This document shows, piece by piece, positions 38,621 to 51,767 of a DNA stretch of 64,000 bases; the stretch's first letter is position 1; each line of letters opens with the position of its first letter. The position numbers and the translations under genes were made by a program. The DNA is from Selaginella moellendorffii (lineage: Eukaryota; Plantae; Lycopodiophyta), in NCBI RefSeq assembly GCF_000143415.4, contig NW_003314278.1:1810362-1874361 (forward strand), in the 5' to 3' direction. The notes beneath the pieces were generated by a model that was given only the letters and a program-made list of their open reading frames with translations, was not told where the DNA came from and made no database searches.

Positions 38621-41600
38621 TTAAGAGATGCACTCAAAGATAGGTACTAAGGTAGAATCTTAAAAGGTTGAGCAAATTAAGGTGGAGTTTATCCCGCAAG
38701 TAATTCCCAAGTATAAACTAAAGCCTCCACCAATCTTTAAGGGAGTGAAGGATTAGTTATATAATATAGTAAATTACATTTGAGCATTGTAGTAAACTTA
38801 AAAAAGGTATTATATGCAAAACCATACTTAACAAATAATATTGAGTCTTGGTAAGAACTGCAAAGGCCAATAAAGGTCTAATAGCTATATGAAAGTGATG
38901 AAAGCAAAGATTAGAGCAACTTATATACCCCTAAATACTACTTTGCATTTAAGGGATAAGCTGAGTAGGTTGAAGTGGATTGGTCCAATTCAAGAGTATG
39001 TGAATGCATTTCTAACCAAAAGAATCTTTGTTGTGGATATAAGCGATATAGATGTGATTCACACCTTTATCTCAAGATTGCAAACTTAAGCTATTGGGAG
39101 AACTAAGGACTATAGAATTCTTTCAAGGTAGCTAAAAACACCGATGAAATACTTTGATAAACAAAAGTTAAAGTAGGAATATAGAAAGTTAACATGGATT
39201 TTACTGCCTCCATCCTAAATCATTCTCCTCGAGCATTTACTAATACCACCAAATTCATACTTTATCCATAAAAAGCTACCATAAATCAATTGAATTAATC
39301 CATCTTAAAGATCATATTAAATCTTGCTATATCTCAAGATCTAAAGATAGGGCAAAATAAGGTTAAAGACTCTTGTTTGAATTTGGTATCCATGAAAGGA
39401 CAATTTATTAAAGGAACTAAGGTAGCATTTAGTGCTTACTCTCAATGAAGAGTGATAAAAAGATGGGAATGAAAGAAGTGCATTTAGTTATTCAACAAGT
39501 GTTAAACTAATTTCAAGATACTATGTTGAAGGAATTACTAATAGGGCTACCCCCTACCCAACCAATAGAATAGAAAATTGAGTTGGTCAAAGGTGCTAAA
39601 ACAGTGATTCATCTCCATTATTAGTTAAACAAAAAGGAGCTCAAAGAACTCAAATGCCAACATAAAGAGTTGGTTAATAAAGGGTATATTGTAGGGCTCT
39701 AGTGTTATTTGTAAAAAAAGAGAAAAAGTCTATATGAATGTGTATAGATTATTGGTTATCAACAAATATATAAAGAAAAATAAATACTCTTTACCAAGAA
39801 TTGAAGACTTATTTGATAGGTTAGAAAAGGCAAGATACTTCTTAAGAATTAACTATAAGAAACCAACTCCCTGAGGTGTCGTAGGCTAAAGGATCCTCGA
39901 AAAGCATGACCAAAATGATAAAGAGTTCATTAGATGAGACTGAGCCCAAAATCGAGTCCAAGACCGACTCTAAAACCGAGTTCAAGACCGAGATCTGAGA
40001 TCAGGTCCACGATCGAGTTTGAGACAAAGTCCGAGGTTAGATCTGAGATCAAGTCTGAGATCAAGTTCAAGATCGAGTTCGAGACCAAGTTTGATGTCTA
40101 GTCCGAGATCAAGTCTAAGACTGAGTCTGATACTAATACAGGTCGTGGGGTGAAAGCCCAAAGTATATGTCTTCCGGGGTGGGTTGCAAGGGGTTCCAAA
40201 AGTATAGTAGAGATAGTGAGGTCTAGGAACCAATCTTGAAAAAACTCTTTAATGGTGCTTCTAAACTGACTTGAGGTTGAGGTTGGGGTTTAAGGGCCTT
40301 GGGCGGGAGTGAGCAAGGACTCGAGTGGTGCTAGAAGGGCCACCCAAGGAAGTGCTCAAGAGTAACTCCCACTCCCGAAAAGGAAACTATTTGCGGTGCT
40401 CCCAGCTCATGTGGAGTGGTGCCCCACTTGAGTACCTTATGGCTCATTGATCTTTGCCCTTCCTAGAGGTTTGGTTCTTTCCTTCGGGATGGAAGTGGGG
40501 AGTAAGGGTACCCATATTGAGCCACTAAGCCACAGTGTTTCCCCTTGGTGTTCTGAAGCAAGTGTTGCACCCAAGGCTTGGGATTTAGAGGGTTTTATAA
40601 TCAAGTCTTGTTGTACCAATGGATGTTAGGAATCTGGAGACTTGGTGTGCTTGGTTGCTTGTGTTTGGAGGGAGTGTAGCCGAACCTTAAATCCAATCTA
40701 ACCTAGAGAAGGGGATTGGGAGAAAATTTGGGAATCCGTAGCTGAATGGCTAATACTCTATTGCATGTGTAGTGAGTTAATGAAACCAAGTAGGACCAAG
40801 TAGGAGCTGGTACATTAAATGAAAACTTTGGTGAGGGAACTTAACTAAGGCTAAGGCCGTGGTAGTCGAATAGACAAGGTAAGTTAGCAAATTAGAAAGG
40901 AAAAATTTATGATTTACATTGACCTAAAAATAGGATACTACTAAATCAGAGTAGTAGAGAAGATGTCAAGAAGACAACCTGTCAAATAAGGTATGAAAGC
41001 TTTGAGTTTCTAGTAATGCCCTTATGGTTATCTAATGTACTAGCGATGTTTTCGATGTTGATGAAATACATCTTTGTACCCTATTTGAATCATTTTATGG
41101 TTGTCAATATAGAAATACATCTTTGTACTTTATTTAGATCAGTTTGTGGTCATCTACATTGACGACATCCTAATCTATAATGAGACATTAAAGAAATATG
41201 CTAAACACCTCATGAACATATTTGAGAAACTAAGAGAACACAAGTTGTATGCTAAAAAAAGCAAATGTAACTTCAATCAACAAAAGGTAAAATCTATTTT
41301 ACCTTTTATTGATTGAAGTTACATTTGCTCTTTTTAGCATATGGTGGGCAAGGACAAGCTTAAGGTGGACACTAAGAAGGTTTAAGTGATCCAATGATTA
41401 TCAAACATATACGAATTAAGGGCATTTTTAGGTGAAAGCTCATTAGACAACAACGTTCTCGGCACTAATGTATCACATCTTTGTACCTTATCTAAATCAC
41501 TTTATTATCGTCTAAATTGATAACATCCTAATCTATAGTGAGATGTTAGAGGAGTATTCCAAGCACTCGATGAATGTGTTTAAGAAACTAAGAAACATAA

Positions 41601-41630
41601 GTTGTATAGTATTTTACTTAACAAAAGGTA
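38621..41630 (+). mobile_element. Decayed Ty3/Gypsy gag-pol (family D), continuing from 29789-29884 and interrupted by family C and a solo LTR
   Basis: gag relic LRDKLSRLKWIGPIQEYVNAF, GLPP motif, RT KNKYSLPRIEDLFDRL...|DLKIGYY and YIDDILIY at ~41155, plus local duplications at 41060-41630. Confidence 0.8.
39854..40918 (+). mobile_element. Older solo LTR related to family B (family F)
   Basis: Splits the RT 'KID|L' motif, with TSD TTAAC/TTGAC. It carries a degenerate hexamer array at 39950-40130, and its 3' end resembles family B (…gaaaatttagtcgcttaca). Confidence 0.8.
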
Positions 41631-41819
41631 AAGATTAAATAAAACTTACTAATTTATATACAGCCAGGTTGGATAGCCTATTATAAAAACATCATTTTTT
41701 CTATCAAATTAAAACTGAAAGACTATATATATAAGGGTATAATAAGAACTATGTAAGTTTGAAGTATGTATACTCATTGATATAAGGAAATAATTTAGAT
41801 TGAAAATAATGTGATTTGG

Positions 41820-43643
41820 ATCATCTAGATCACATCCTCAACTCTCTGAGGAAACCTTTATACTGTTCCCAAGATCCCAAAGTCATTCCATTATTGGCCC
41901 TTTTCTATCCACCACATCATGCCCAAGTTCACGCATGAACTTGAGTGGAGAGCTATGTCCTCTTGACATGCAACTCCTCAAGGATAGGCCCACTTCTAGG
42001 ACCTTCCAATGCCAACATCAATGGTGATATACTTGAGCACCAATAAAAGTCGAACTAAGGAATAGCTCCGATACCAAGTTGTAAGCGACTAAATTTTCCA
42101 TTCTACTTTAGTCACTTAACCACACCTTCGACCACTTGGAGGAGTCTCATTCACAACCTCCATGAGTCCAATTCAGGACTTAAGACTTGCTAGCCCCAAG
42201 AATGGCATCCATGCCACTCATCCACACCTGGTCCAAGTGCTCCACGTGTCCAATCCCATGACCGACACTCAAAGGTACCACTGACATAGCAGCCTGTTAC
42301 GCTAAGGCCATGCCCAATCACCTTTGCCGCACTGGTAGTCCAATACCACTTGCAACACAGTCTTGTCTCTCCAAGACTAGGCCAACCATCCGTGAGTGGT
42401 CATCCCAGATCCACTCCTTAGCATCCTTAAGATGCCCACCGACAAGGGGAACAACCTTCCCCAATATCCCTCCGTCAGTCCCCACTAAGTCCCTTTTTGC
42501 CCTTGGCTGTGTTTGCCAACACTGCCACTGGATCGAGGCCCACAGGCCCGACCACTAAATCCCATGGTCCTCTAGGACTTCCTCCCCACGTGACCGTATC
42601 CTTGGTCACCACACCAAGGACTGCTCCTTTTCCTTTCCACAGTCTGGGACTTTGGGGCAACACTTTGGAACACCGTGGCCTTATGCGAGCCACCTAGGTA
42701 CTCTCCTTGCCTTCCGCCTTTGGGTGCTCTAGCCATGGGCTTAGAGCGAGGTTCCATTGAGCCACGCCTGGTATCCAAGTAGATAGTGCCACCCACACTT
42801 GGACTGGGAGCATCAACCATTCGATCTCCCGGGGGAACTAGAGCTGACTCTTGAACACTTCACCAAGCTACCCCGCTTGTCGGTCCGTAGTCCCTCTAGT
42901 CTTGGACTTCCCAGTGGTCAGCTCATCACCCAACACTAGGTCTGGCCTTCCTAGGCCAAACTGGCCTTTCCTAGCCAAATTGGCTCCACTGGGCTCCAAT
43001 CCCCACACTCTCCCTACTATACTTTTGGAACCCCCCACCCCCCCTGGGGGACGATCACTTTGGGCTTTCACCCAACTACCTGTATTAGTATTCAGACTCG
43101 GACTCAGACTCGAACTCGGTCTCGGTCCCGGTTTTGGACTCGGACTTGGTGTCGGTCTCGGTCTTGGTTCCATCTCGGACTCCATCTTGGACTCCATCTT
43201 GGGTCCATCTCAAACTCCATCTCGGGTCCATCTCGGACTCCACTTCGAGTCCATCTCGGGTCCATCTCGGACTCCACTTTGGGTCCATCTTGGACTCCAC
43301 TTTGGGTCCATCTCAGACTCCATCTCGAGTCCATCTCGGACTCCATCTCGGACCCCATCTCGGATTCCATTTTAGGTCCATCTCGGATCCATCTTGGATC
43401 CATCTCGGACACTTCCACGTGTCATGTGTTGGTCCTTTTTGGGTCCCTTTTTGGAGCCTTGCTTATTGGTTGCCTCGTGCTCGCTCCTTGAGCACTTTGT
43501 TGGGAGTTCCACTCCCGCTCTCGACCTTCCAAGTCGGAGCTTTTAGTCCAAACGTGTTACGCTCGTTTGGCTTTTGTTTCGGCCACTACCACGTGGCACC
43601 CTTTTTGGCTCCACTTTGGGGCCTAGGGATTTTGTGTCTCACA
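41820..43643 (-). mobile_element. Family B 5' LTR (42080-43643) with tRNA-iMet PBS and a truncated leader
   Basis: GCTCCGATACCA at 42065-42076 is the minus-strand PBS TGGTATCGGAGC. The LTR abuts the family A integrase at 43644. Confidence 0.88.
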
Positions 43644-44836
43644 ATACTTCGCAATCATCCCCTTGAATGTCCGAACGAGCCGTTCCACCAGACCGTCTGA
43701 TTATGGATGATAAGCACTGGAACACCACTCGATTGAGGAGGAAGTATCCAACAGCAGTTGCAGAGGCACTAGCAAGAGCACCAACTTCCACCCAACGAGT
43801 CAAGTAGTTAGAAGCAATAATAACATATTCATTGCCAGCAGTCGACTGTGGAAAAGGTCCCATAAGATCAAACGCCACCAACTCAAACAGACGGGAAACT
43901 GCAATTGACTCCAACCGTCCTTCTACAGCCCGAGGGGGAGTATTACGAGCTTGGCACCAAATGCAGCTATGCACATACCGGATAATATCACGTCGCATCT
44001 CCGGCCAATAGAAAGACCTACGTAGCTTCTCAATTACATGATGATGTCCCATATGCCCACCTAGAATAGAAGAATCATGGTAGACATGGAGAAACCGCAG
44101 AATAAAGATAGAAGGCACCACCAGCTATAAATGATCATTAGGATCTGTCCTCACAAAATAAAGAAGGCTGTCTTTGAGGTGATATTGAGAATGTAAATGC
44201 CGGAAAGGCAAGTCATCAGCAAGTGATGCAGGATTCTCAAACCCATCTCAAACCCTTCAAATCCATGGCTCAAGCATTTGAGCCTCGTGAACCTCATCAA
44301 AAGAAGGTAGATCTTGCTCTGCGCCTTGTGGACACTGAATGTCAAGTATAGCAACCGCCGATGGCACAAAATCCTCGTCTAGAAAATCCACAGAGGTTGG
44401 AACAACAGGCTCGTCAGAAACATGAGAAGAGAATCGAGAAGGAAGAGGAGCTCGAGAAAGGGCATCAACATTAGCTAAAGAACTCCCTGGGCAATGAACA
44501 ACATCAAAATCATATATCTGAAGCTTTAAAGCCCATCGAGCAGTACGACCAACTAGGTTCTTCCCCTTCAATAATGAAGTAACAGCAGCATGATCACCTT
44601 CAAGTAACGTCCGAGAACCATGTAAATATGCATGAAGTTTCTCGAAACCCCAAACTGCTGCTAAACACTCCTCTGTAGTGGAGTAGTTCATTTCCGTTGG
44701 TTGTAATGTACGGCTTATATACGCAATGGGATGGCACTGACCAGGCACACTCGCGCTCTTTTGCATCAACACACCTCCAAGACCAATGTCAGAAGCATCC
44801 ACACGCAAAATAAAAGGTCGAGTGTAGTTAGGATAT

Positions 44837-46695
44837 TGTGAAACACAAAATCCCTAGGCCCCAAAGTAGAGCTGGAAATGGTGCCACGTGGTAGTGGCCG
44901 AAGTGAAAGCCAAACGAGCATAACACGTTTGGACTAAAAGCTCTAACTTGGAAGGTCGAGAGCGGGAGTGGAACTCCCAACAAAGTGCTCAAGGAGCGAG
45001 CATGAAGCGAGCAATAAGCAAGGCTCCAAAAAGGGACCCAAAAAGGACCAACACATGACACGTGGAAGTGTCCGAGATGGAGTCCAAGACGGATCCTAGT
45101 TGGAGTCCGAGATGGACCCGAAGTGGAGTCCGATATGGAGTCCGAAGTGGAGTCCGAGATGGAGTCCGATATGGAGTCCGAGATGGACCCGAAGTGGAGT
45201 CCGATATGGAGTCTGAAGAGGAGTCCGAGATGGAGTCCGAAGAGGAGTCCGAGATGGAGTCCGATATGGAGTCCGAGGTGGACCGAAGTGGAGTCCGAGG
45301 TGGACCGAGACGGAGTCCGAGGTGGACCGAGACGGAGTCCGAGATGGACCGAGACGGAGTCCGAGATGGAGTTCGAGATGGAGTCCGAGATGGACCGAGA
45401 CGGAGCCCAAGATGGAGTCCGAGAAGGACCCAAGATGGAGTCCGAGAAGGACCCGAGATGGAGTCCGAGGTTGAGACCGAGACCGGGACCGAGACCGAGA
45501 CCGAGACCGAGACCGGGACCGAGACCAGGACCGAGGCCAAGGCTGAGACCGAGCCCGAGTCCGAGTCCAAGTCTGAGTCCGAGTCCGAGTCCGAGTCCGA
45601 GTCCGAGTCCGAGTCCGAGTTCGAGTCTGAGTCCGAGTCCGAGTTCGAGTCTGAGTCCGAGTCCAAGTCCGAGTCCGAGTCCGAGTTCGAGTCTGAGAGG
45701 GTGAAAGCCCAAAGCGTTCGTCTCCCAGACCCTGGGGGGTTTGGTGAGCTCCAAAAGTATAGTGAGGGGGGAGGACTGCAGTGGAGCCAATTTGGCCAGG
45801 AAAGGCCAGTTTGGCCCAGGAAGGCCAGACTCAGTGTTGGGTGATGAACTGACCACTGGGAAGTCCAAGACTAGAGTGAATACGGACCGACAAGTGGGGT
45901 AGCTTAGTGAAGTGTTCAAGAGCCGGCTCTAGTTCCCCCGGGAGATCGACTGGCCAATGCTCCCAGTCCAAGTGTGGGTGGCACTACCTACTTGGATACC
46001 AGGCGTGGCTCAACGGAACCTTGCTCTAAGCCCATGGCTAGAGCACCTAAAGGCGAAAGGCGGGGAGAGTACCCAGGTGGCTCGCGTAAGGCCACGGTGT
46101 TCCGAAATGTTGTCCCAAAGGCCTAGACTGTGGAAAGGAAGAGGAGCAGTCCTCTAGGGTAGTGACCAAGGACACAGTTGTGTGGTGAGGAAGTCCCAGA
46201 GGACCATGGGACTTAGGGGTTGGGCCTGTGGGCCTCGATCCAGTGGCAGTGTTGGCAAACACGGCCAGGGGCAGAAAGGGACTTTGGTAGGAACTGACAA
46301 AGGGACTTTGGGGAAGGCAATTCCCCAGGTCTGTGGGCATCCTAAGGATGCTAAGGAGTGGATCTAGGATGACCACTCGTGGACAGATGGCCCAGTCTTG
46401 GAGAGACGGGATTGTGATGCAAGTGGTATTGGACCACTAGTGCAGCAAAGGTGAATGGGCATGGCCTTAGCGTAACGGGCCGAGATGTCAGTGGTACCTT
46501 TGGGTGTCGGTCTTGGGACCGGACACGAGGAGCACTTGGACCAGGTGCAAGTGTTGAGTGGCATGGATGCCATTCTTGGGGTTAGCAAGTCCCAAGTCCT
46601 GAATTGGACTGATGGAGGTTGTGAATGAGACTCCTCCAAGTGGTCGGAGGTGTGGTTAAGTGACTAAAGTAGAATGGAAAATTTAGTCGCTTACA
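44837..46695 (+). mobile_element. Solo LTR, family B, nested in family A pol
   Basis: TGTG...TACA ends, perfect TSD GATAT, and the longest hexamer array (45062-45700). Confidence 0.95.
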
Positions 46696-48427
46696 GATAT
46701 GCCAAAACTGGAGGAGTCGTCAATAGCACTTTGAGATCCTCGAATGCCCGCTCATAATCCGGAGACCAGATGAAAGATGATGTTGATAACTTCAGCAACG
46801 CTCACAACAGTGCAGTGCGATCAGAAAAATGATCCACAAAACGACTGAGATACTGCACCTTGCCCAAGAAGCGCTGCACATCATTCACACACTTTAGAGT
46901 AGGGAACTTTAGAATAGCCATAAGTTTTTCAGGATCAACTTGCAAACCCTCACGAGAAATATGGTACCCAAGATAAGTTGTATCCTTGGACCCAAACACC
47001 CACTTTGTCCGCTTCAGCTTTAAACCAACATCACGTAACTGATCCAACACTTTACAAATATCATGAACATCCCACGTCCCCTCTGAGTGGATCAAGACAT
47101 CATCAATGAAGTCAGCAGTCACCTCTGGCATATTGCAAAGAATCTCGTCCATCATCTACTAGAAAGTTGCTGGAGCATTGTTCAAACCAAACGGCATCAC
47201 CAAGAACTCGTACAAACCAAATGGTGTACGAAAAGCAGTCTTAGGAATATCTTCTTCAGCCATCGGTACTTGCCAGTACTTGCCAGTACCCAGAAGCAAG
47301 ATCTAGCTTAGTGAACCAATGACTTCGCCCTAGACGATCCAAGAGATTAGTAGTGTGAGGAAGAGGGTACACATCTGGGATCGTCACTTCATTTAACGGA
47401 TGATAGTCGATGTAGAAATGAATACTCCCACTTCATCACAAGATGAGGTTCATATGCCCAAGGACTCCGCAACTTCCGAATAACACCCTTCTCTAACATC
47501 TCCTTGACATTTGCACATAAAATCTTGATCTCCTTGGGTGACCGATGACGAATGGCAACCTTGATTGGACAAGCATCCCCGGTTGGAATTGGATGACGTG
47601 TGGCAATCTTGGCCCCAAACAATAGGTCAAATTCAAAGAGATCAGAATACTCCTTCATGAGCCGGTCCACCGCTGCAACACAAAGATCGTCAGAGGGATC
47701 GGAAAAGGGAAGAGTAGAACAAGATGGAAACATAAAAGGAAATAGTGGGGAAACAAAAGTAATGGAAGCAGAGGTAAAAGTAGAGGGACAAAGAAGTATA
47801 AAAGTGAGAGGAATTGATGAAACATAAGGAAGTATGAGACAAGGGGGAGAAGCTTCAAAATCACACTTAGCATGATTGCACTGCAACCAATCCATACCAA
47901 GAATGATGTCAAAAGCTTGACTCAGCACCACCCACAATAACTGCAACTCAAGCTCGAGATCGCCCACACGCACAACCAGGTCCACCTCATCCCATGCATA
48001 TGTATAGCCGTTGCCATAAAGAATGAAAATTGGTTCCGTCACACGACGTAAGTGTAGACAGCAACATGTGGCAATAGGTCGAGCAATAGAAGATAAACTC
48101 AAACCTGTATTAACTAACATGGAGAGAATAATAGGAGACCTTTTGTTATAAAAATGAGCTTGGAAAGTAAACACTGGATGAACCGGTGCCGAGTGAACCC
48201 CTTGATGATACTCCCAAAAAAAAGATGGAGGGGTCACTGACTTATTCACGCAAGGTCCCTTTGTTACTCGTGCGACTCCTCATTTCCCGGATGTATCTCG
48301 GTGTCCAAACCATCCACTACAGCAGCACCAACAGGACGTTGTTGATGCCAAGGTCTCCACCTAGGAAGTGGAGGTCACCAATCCGGAAAACACTGACAAC
48401 GTCGATAAGTATGACCAACTTCATCAC

Positions 48428-49102
48428 TGTAGCGCACCTTATCTCTCTCCCCTTAAGCCAACTAGAAAAGGGGCAATTGCTTGATGAGAGAGCCCTTAGT
48501 GGCTATTTTATCCCCATTTATCTCCCAAGGTTCCAAGGATCCACGGTGACAGTATATCCAAATCTCATCCCATGATCACATGCGCTACACTCACCCCCCC
48601 TTCAGAGATGTCAATGTCCTCATTGACTATTGACTAACAACCCCTACTGAGCCAAGGGGAACCAGCACCTCCATTTCCGCACTCAATCTACCAATCCTTC
48701 CATTGTGTAGACCAGCTATTCCATGTGAGGCAACTAGTCATCCACCCGTACCGCAGTCCCACGGTGGATACCTTCGTCCGTGGATACTCCACACAAGAGG
48801 AAGGACGTACGCATGGATGCCCAATACGTACGATTTCAAATTTTAGGGGTAAGAATATACCTTGCTCAAGGGTATATTATACTTTTAAGTAGCCACTAAT
48901 CAATGGGAATCGAACCCGTGCCATTTGCTCCGATACCAACTGTAGCGCACCTTATCTCTCTCCCCTTAAGCCAACTAGAAAAGGGGCAATTGCTTGATGA
49001 GAGAGCCCTTAGTGGCTATTTTATCCCCATTTATCTCCCAAGGTTCCAAGGATCCACGGTGACAGTATATCCAAATCTCATCCCATGATCACATGCGCTA
49101 CA
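48428..49102 (-). mobile_element. TRIM (terminal-repeat retrotransposon in miniature), 675 bp
   Basis: Two apparently identical 162-bp LTRs (48428-48589, 48941-49102), PBS at 48927-48938 (tRNA-iMet), PPT at 48590-48600, perfect TSD ATCAC and a non-coding interior. Confidence 0.95.
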
Positions 49103-50399
49103 ATCACACACCCAGCAGCCAACATCACGGCCACAACCACGTCCTTGCCCTTGTCCTTGGACTCGAGCAGCAGTAGCATCAACCTCCATTGGAACAGGAC
49201 CATCACTTATAGGAAGTGGAGCTGAAGGACGTGCAGCAAGAAGTGGAAGAGGTGACGTCTCATAACATTGTGCCAAGCAAAGAGCATCGTCAAAGGTGGC
49301 GGGAGCAAGTGCAAGCACAAGTCTGACAAGATCTTGACGAAATGCTAGCCACAACATTCCTAGCTTGATCCGCTCCAACATATTTGGCTCCACACGAAGC
49401 AAAAGACTTTGGAAACGAACGCCAAATTGCATCACCGACTCATATGGCCCTTAGCGAAGATGATGCAATTGTTGGAAGGCATTATCACAGTCATTGGCAT
49501 ATCCGAAGGCACGTTTGAAGACGTCCGGGAGAACACTCAAATCCCCACGAATGGTTGCGCTCAAACCATTGTACCATTGCAACGCTGTCCCTTGGAGACA
49601 CGTGGGAAACTCACGCAAACGTCGAGCATCATCCCAAGAATGATATGTGGCAATCACTGTGAAGTAATCAAACCAATGGTATACATCATCCCCAGGATTC
49701 CCGCGAAAGAACTCCGGTTGAACACGAGGATTGGCACCAAGTGCAAGAGAAGTTGTACCACATGCCGTGAATGCCGCCATCAACTAAGTTTGGTTGTTCA
49801 ATTGCAAGCGCATAGCATCAAGCAATTGTACCAACTGCTACTCCAGAGTCAAAGGAGGAGATTGTTGATCTGCAAGACGAATGAAAAAGAAAGAGCAAAA
49901 GAAGAGAAATGACAAAAAGCTAGAAGGAAATGGTAGATCTAGACAATGCAAAAAGCTAGATCTAAACCAAAATCCTGAAAGGAAAGAACAAAAGAAAGGA
50001 AATGGAAAAAACTAGATCTAGACAATGCAAAAGCTAAATCTAAACCAAAATCCCAAATCTAGGCACTCCTTAAGGATAATCAAAGATGCCCCTCATCTCC
50101 ACCAATGTGGGTGCTTGGAATATGGAAAGGGAATATAAAAATGTGCATGTCAATTAGCCCAAAAAACCCTAGTTTCTATACAAGAGTGAGTGGTCTGGAT
50201 TGAAACCAATCCGACAGCTACTAAAATCCCACTACGCTAATATTAGTATACGGCATCGTAGCTGTACACTTGGCCCTCACAGTGGCAATATAAATAATCA
50301 AAGAAAACAACTTGAGAAACTATTTATAGGGGTTCAAATATAAAAGGAAAAGTCCCATAAACAGAGTGTACCTGCTTTTCAAATCGGTTAATGGTTTTG

Positions 50400-51500
50400 G
50401 GATATTTGGTGTTACCATTTTTAAGTTTGAATAGTACTAAGTTGAATAACCTCTTGGGAAGTTTAAATTCAGAAGCTTACAAGCAAGAGATTAGTATTGT
50501 TGGTTCCTTTTATAAACTAGTTGAGAAATTGGTTATTGCATGTGCACTCAACCAAATGAGCATAAAAACAAAATTCCTAAATGCTATTAGTTAAGCATAT
50601 TTGACCTGGTTAAAGAAACTTATTTGTTAACTATAGTATTGTTCTCACATCTTGATTCACAATCTAGTTTTAATCTATATTTAATAAGTTTTTAAGCTTG
50701 TCTCAGGAACTAACTTCTAGGACTAAGGCACTGTGGGGGGTTTTAAATGTAATAGAGATAGTGATTAGAAACATAGTAGAGCATTTAACACATTAATTTG
50801 TCTTCCACTAGGTTGTGTCATTCCTTATTCTAAGTCTAATTTGGGTTTAACCTTAAACTCTATGGTACTGACCTCCTCACGTTAAGCCATTGGTATGTTA
50901 AAATTGTGTTAGATATCATTTGACATTGTTTTGCATACAAGAGCTAGATATGGGGAGTTGATGTTTATAAGGGATATTGAGTGTATATTAGACCCTCATA
51001 TTGTATTGCAATAAACTTAGAATTTAGCTTCAAATTCAAGTGTGCTATATAGATGCAAATCTAGGAGATTAAATGCTAGGGTAGAGAATTGTTGAGGCAC
51101 AACCATGGATTGCAAACAACAAAAAATGTTGCCTACTATAAGTCTATAGCCCTCTTGCATCACTTATCAATTTTTTTTTTCTCTTGGAAAACTCCTCATA
51201 TAAGGGATTGTGTAGGCACAAGAACAAGAGCTCTTGGGGTTCCTATAGGACATAGCTACCAAGTCTACTAGTGATTGTGCAGTAGATGTTGCTCAGGTTG
51301 CAAAACCATTGGGCCAAGAATATCATTTCCTAGCTTGGATACTATGATTAAAATTCATTTTAACTTAAACTTGACTCAATTAGTAAATATAATTAAGATA
51401 GCAGTTAACCTATTATACATTTTTCTTCTTTATGTGTATGCTTGGTTGATAGATACCTCACTAATTGATAAGGAAATTCTTTGTTTGTACTGATGTATTG
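50400..51500 (+). mobile_element. Possible highly decayed non-LTR retrotransposon RT relic
   Basis: Only two weak motif echoes: EISIVGSFYKLVEK (~50485-50530) and ALGVPIG (~51230-51250). Confidence 0.3.
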
Positions 51501-51767
51501 ATTGGGAAATCACAACAATTTTATATGGATTGCCTCTCTCTAGGCATGAGACTTACATTTTAACATGAGGTTGATGCTCAAGGTCTGGGTTAGCTTAGTC
51601 TTTATAACCTTTATAAATCTTTTGAATAACTACAAACATAGTTTGTCACCAATGTTCAAAGTTAAGGGAGTTGGAAGACAGTCTCTTGCTCTCAGACGAT
51701 ATTGCTTTACCACCGTCTGGTCAATCTCCACGTGAACACCCATTTAGATCCAGATCATGCCATAATA

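Larger units (their letters stand above)
43644..50281 (-). mobile_element. Ty3/Gypsy family A copy 2, 3'-truncated, with two nested insertions
   Basis: 5' LTR 50106-50281 is homologous to 12125-12299. PBS TGGTGGAGATGAGG, gag, protease, RT (DFIDDVLIHS), RNase H (RVDASDIGLGGVL) and the integrase HHCC domain (HDSSILGGH...CIWC) are present. Confidence 0.93.

Noticed and set aside
44828-45919. Long LG/SD/ES/SP-repeat ORFs (also at 36644-37505 and 42851-43700)
   Set aside because: By-products of stop-free hexamer arrays in LTRs. There are no unique spacers, so this is not a CRISPR array either.
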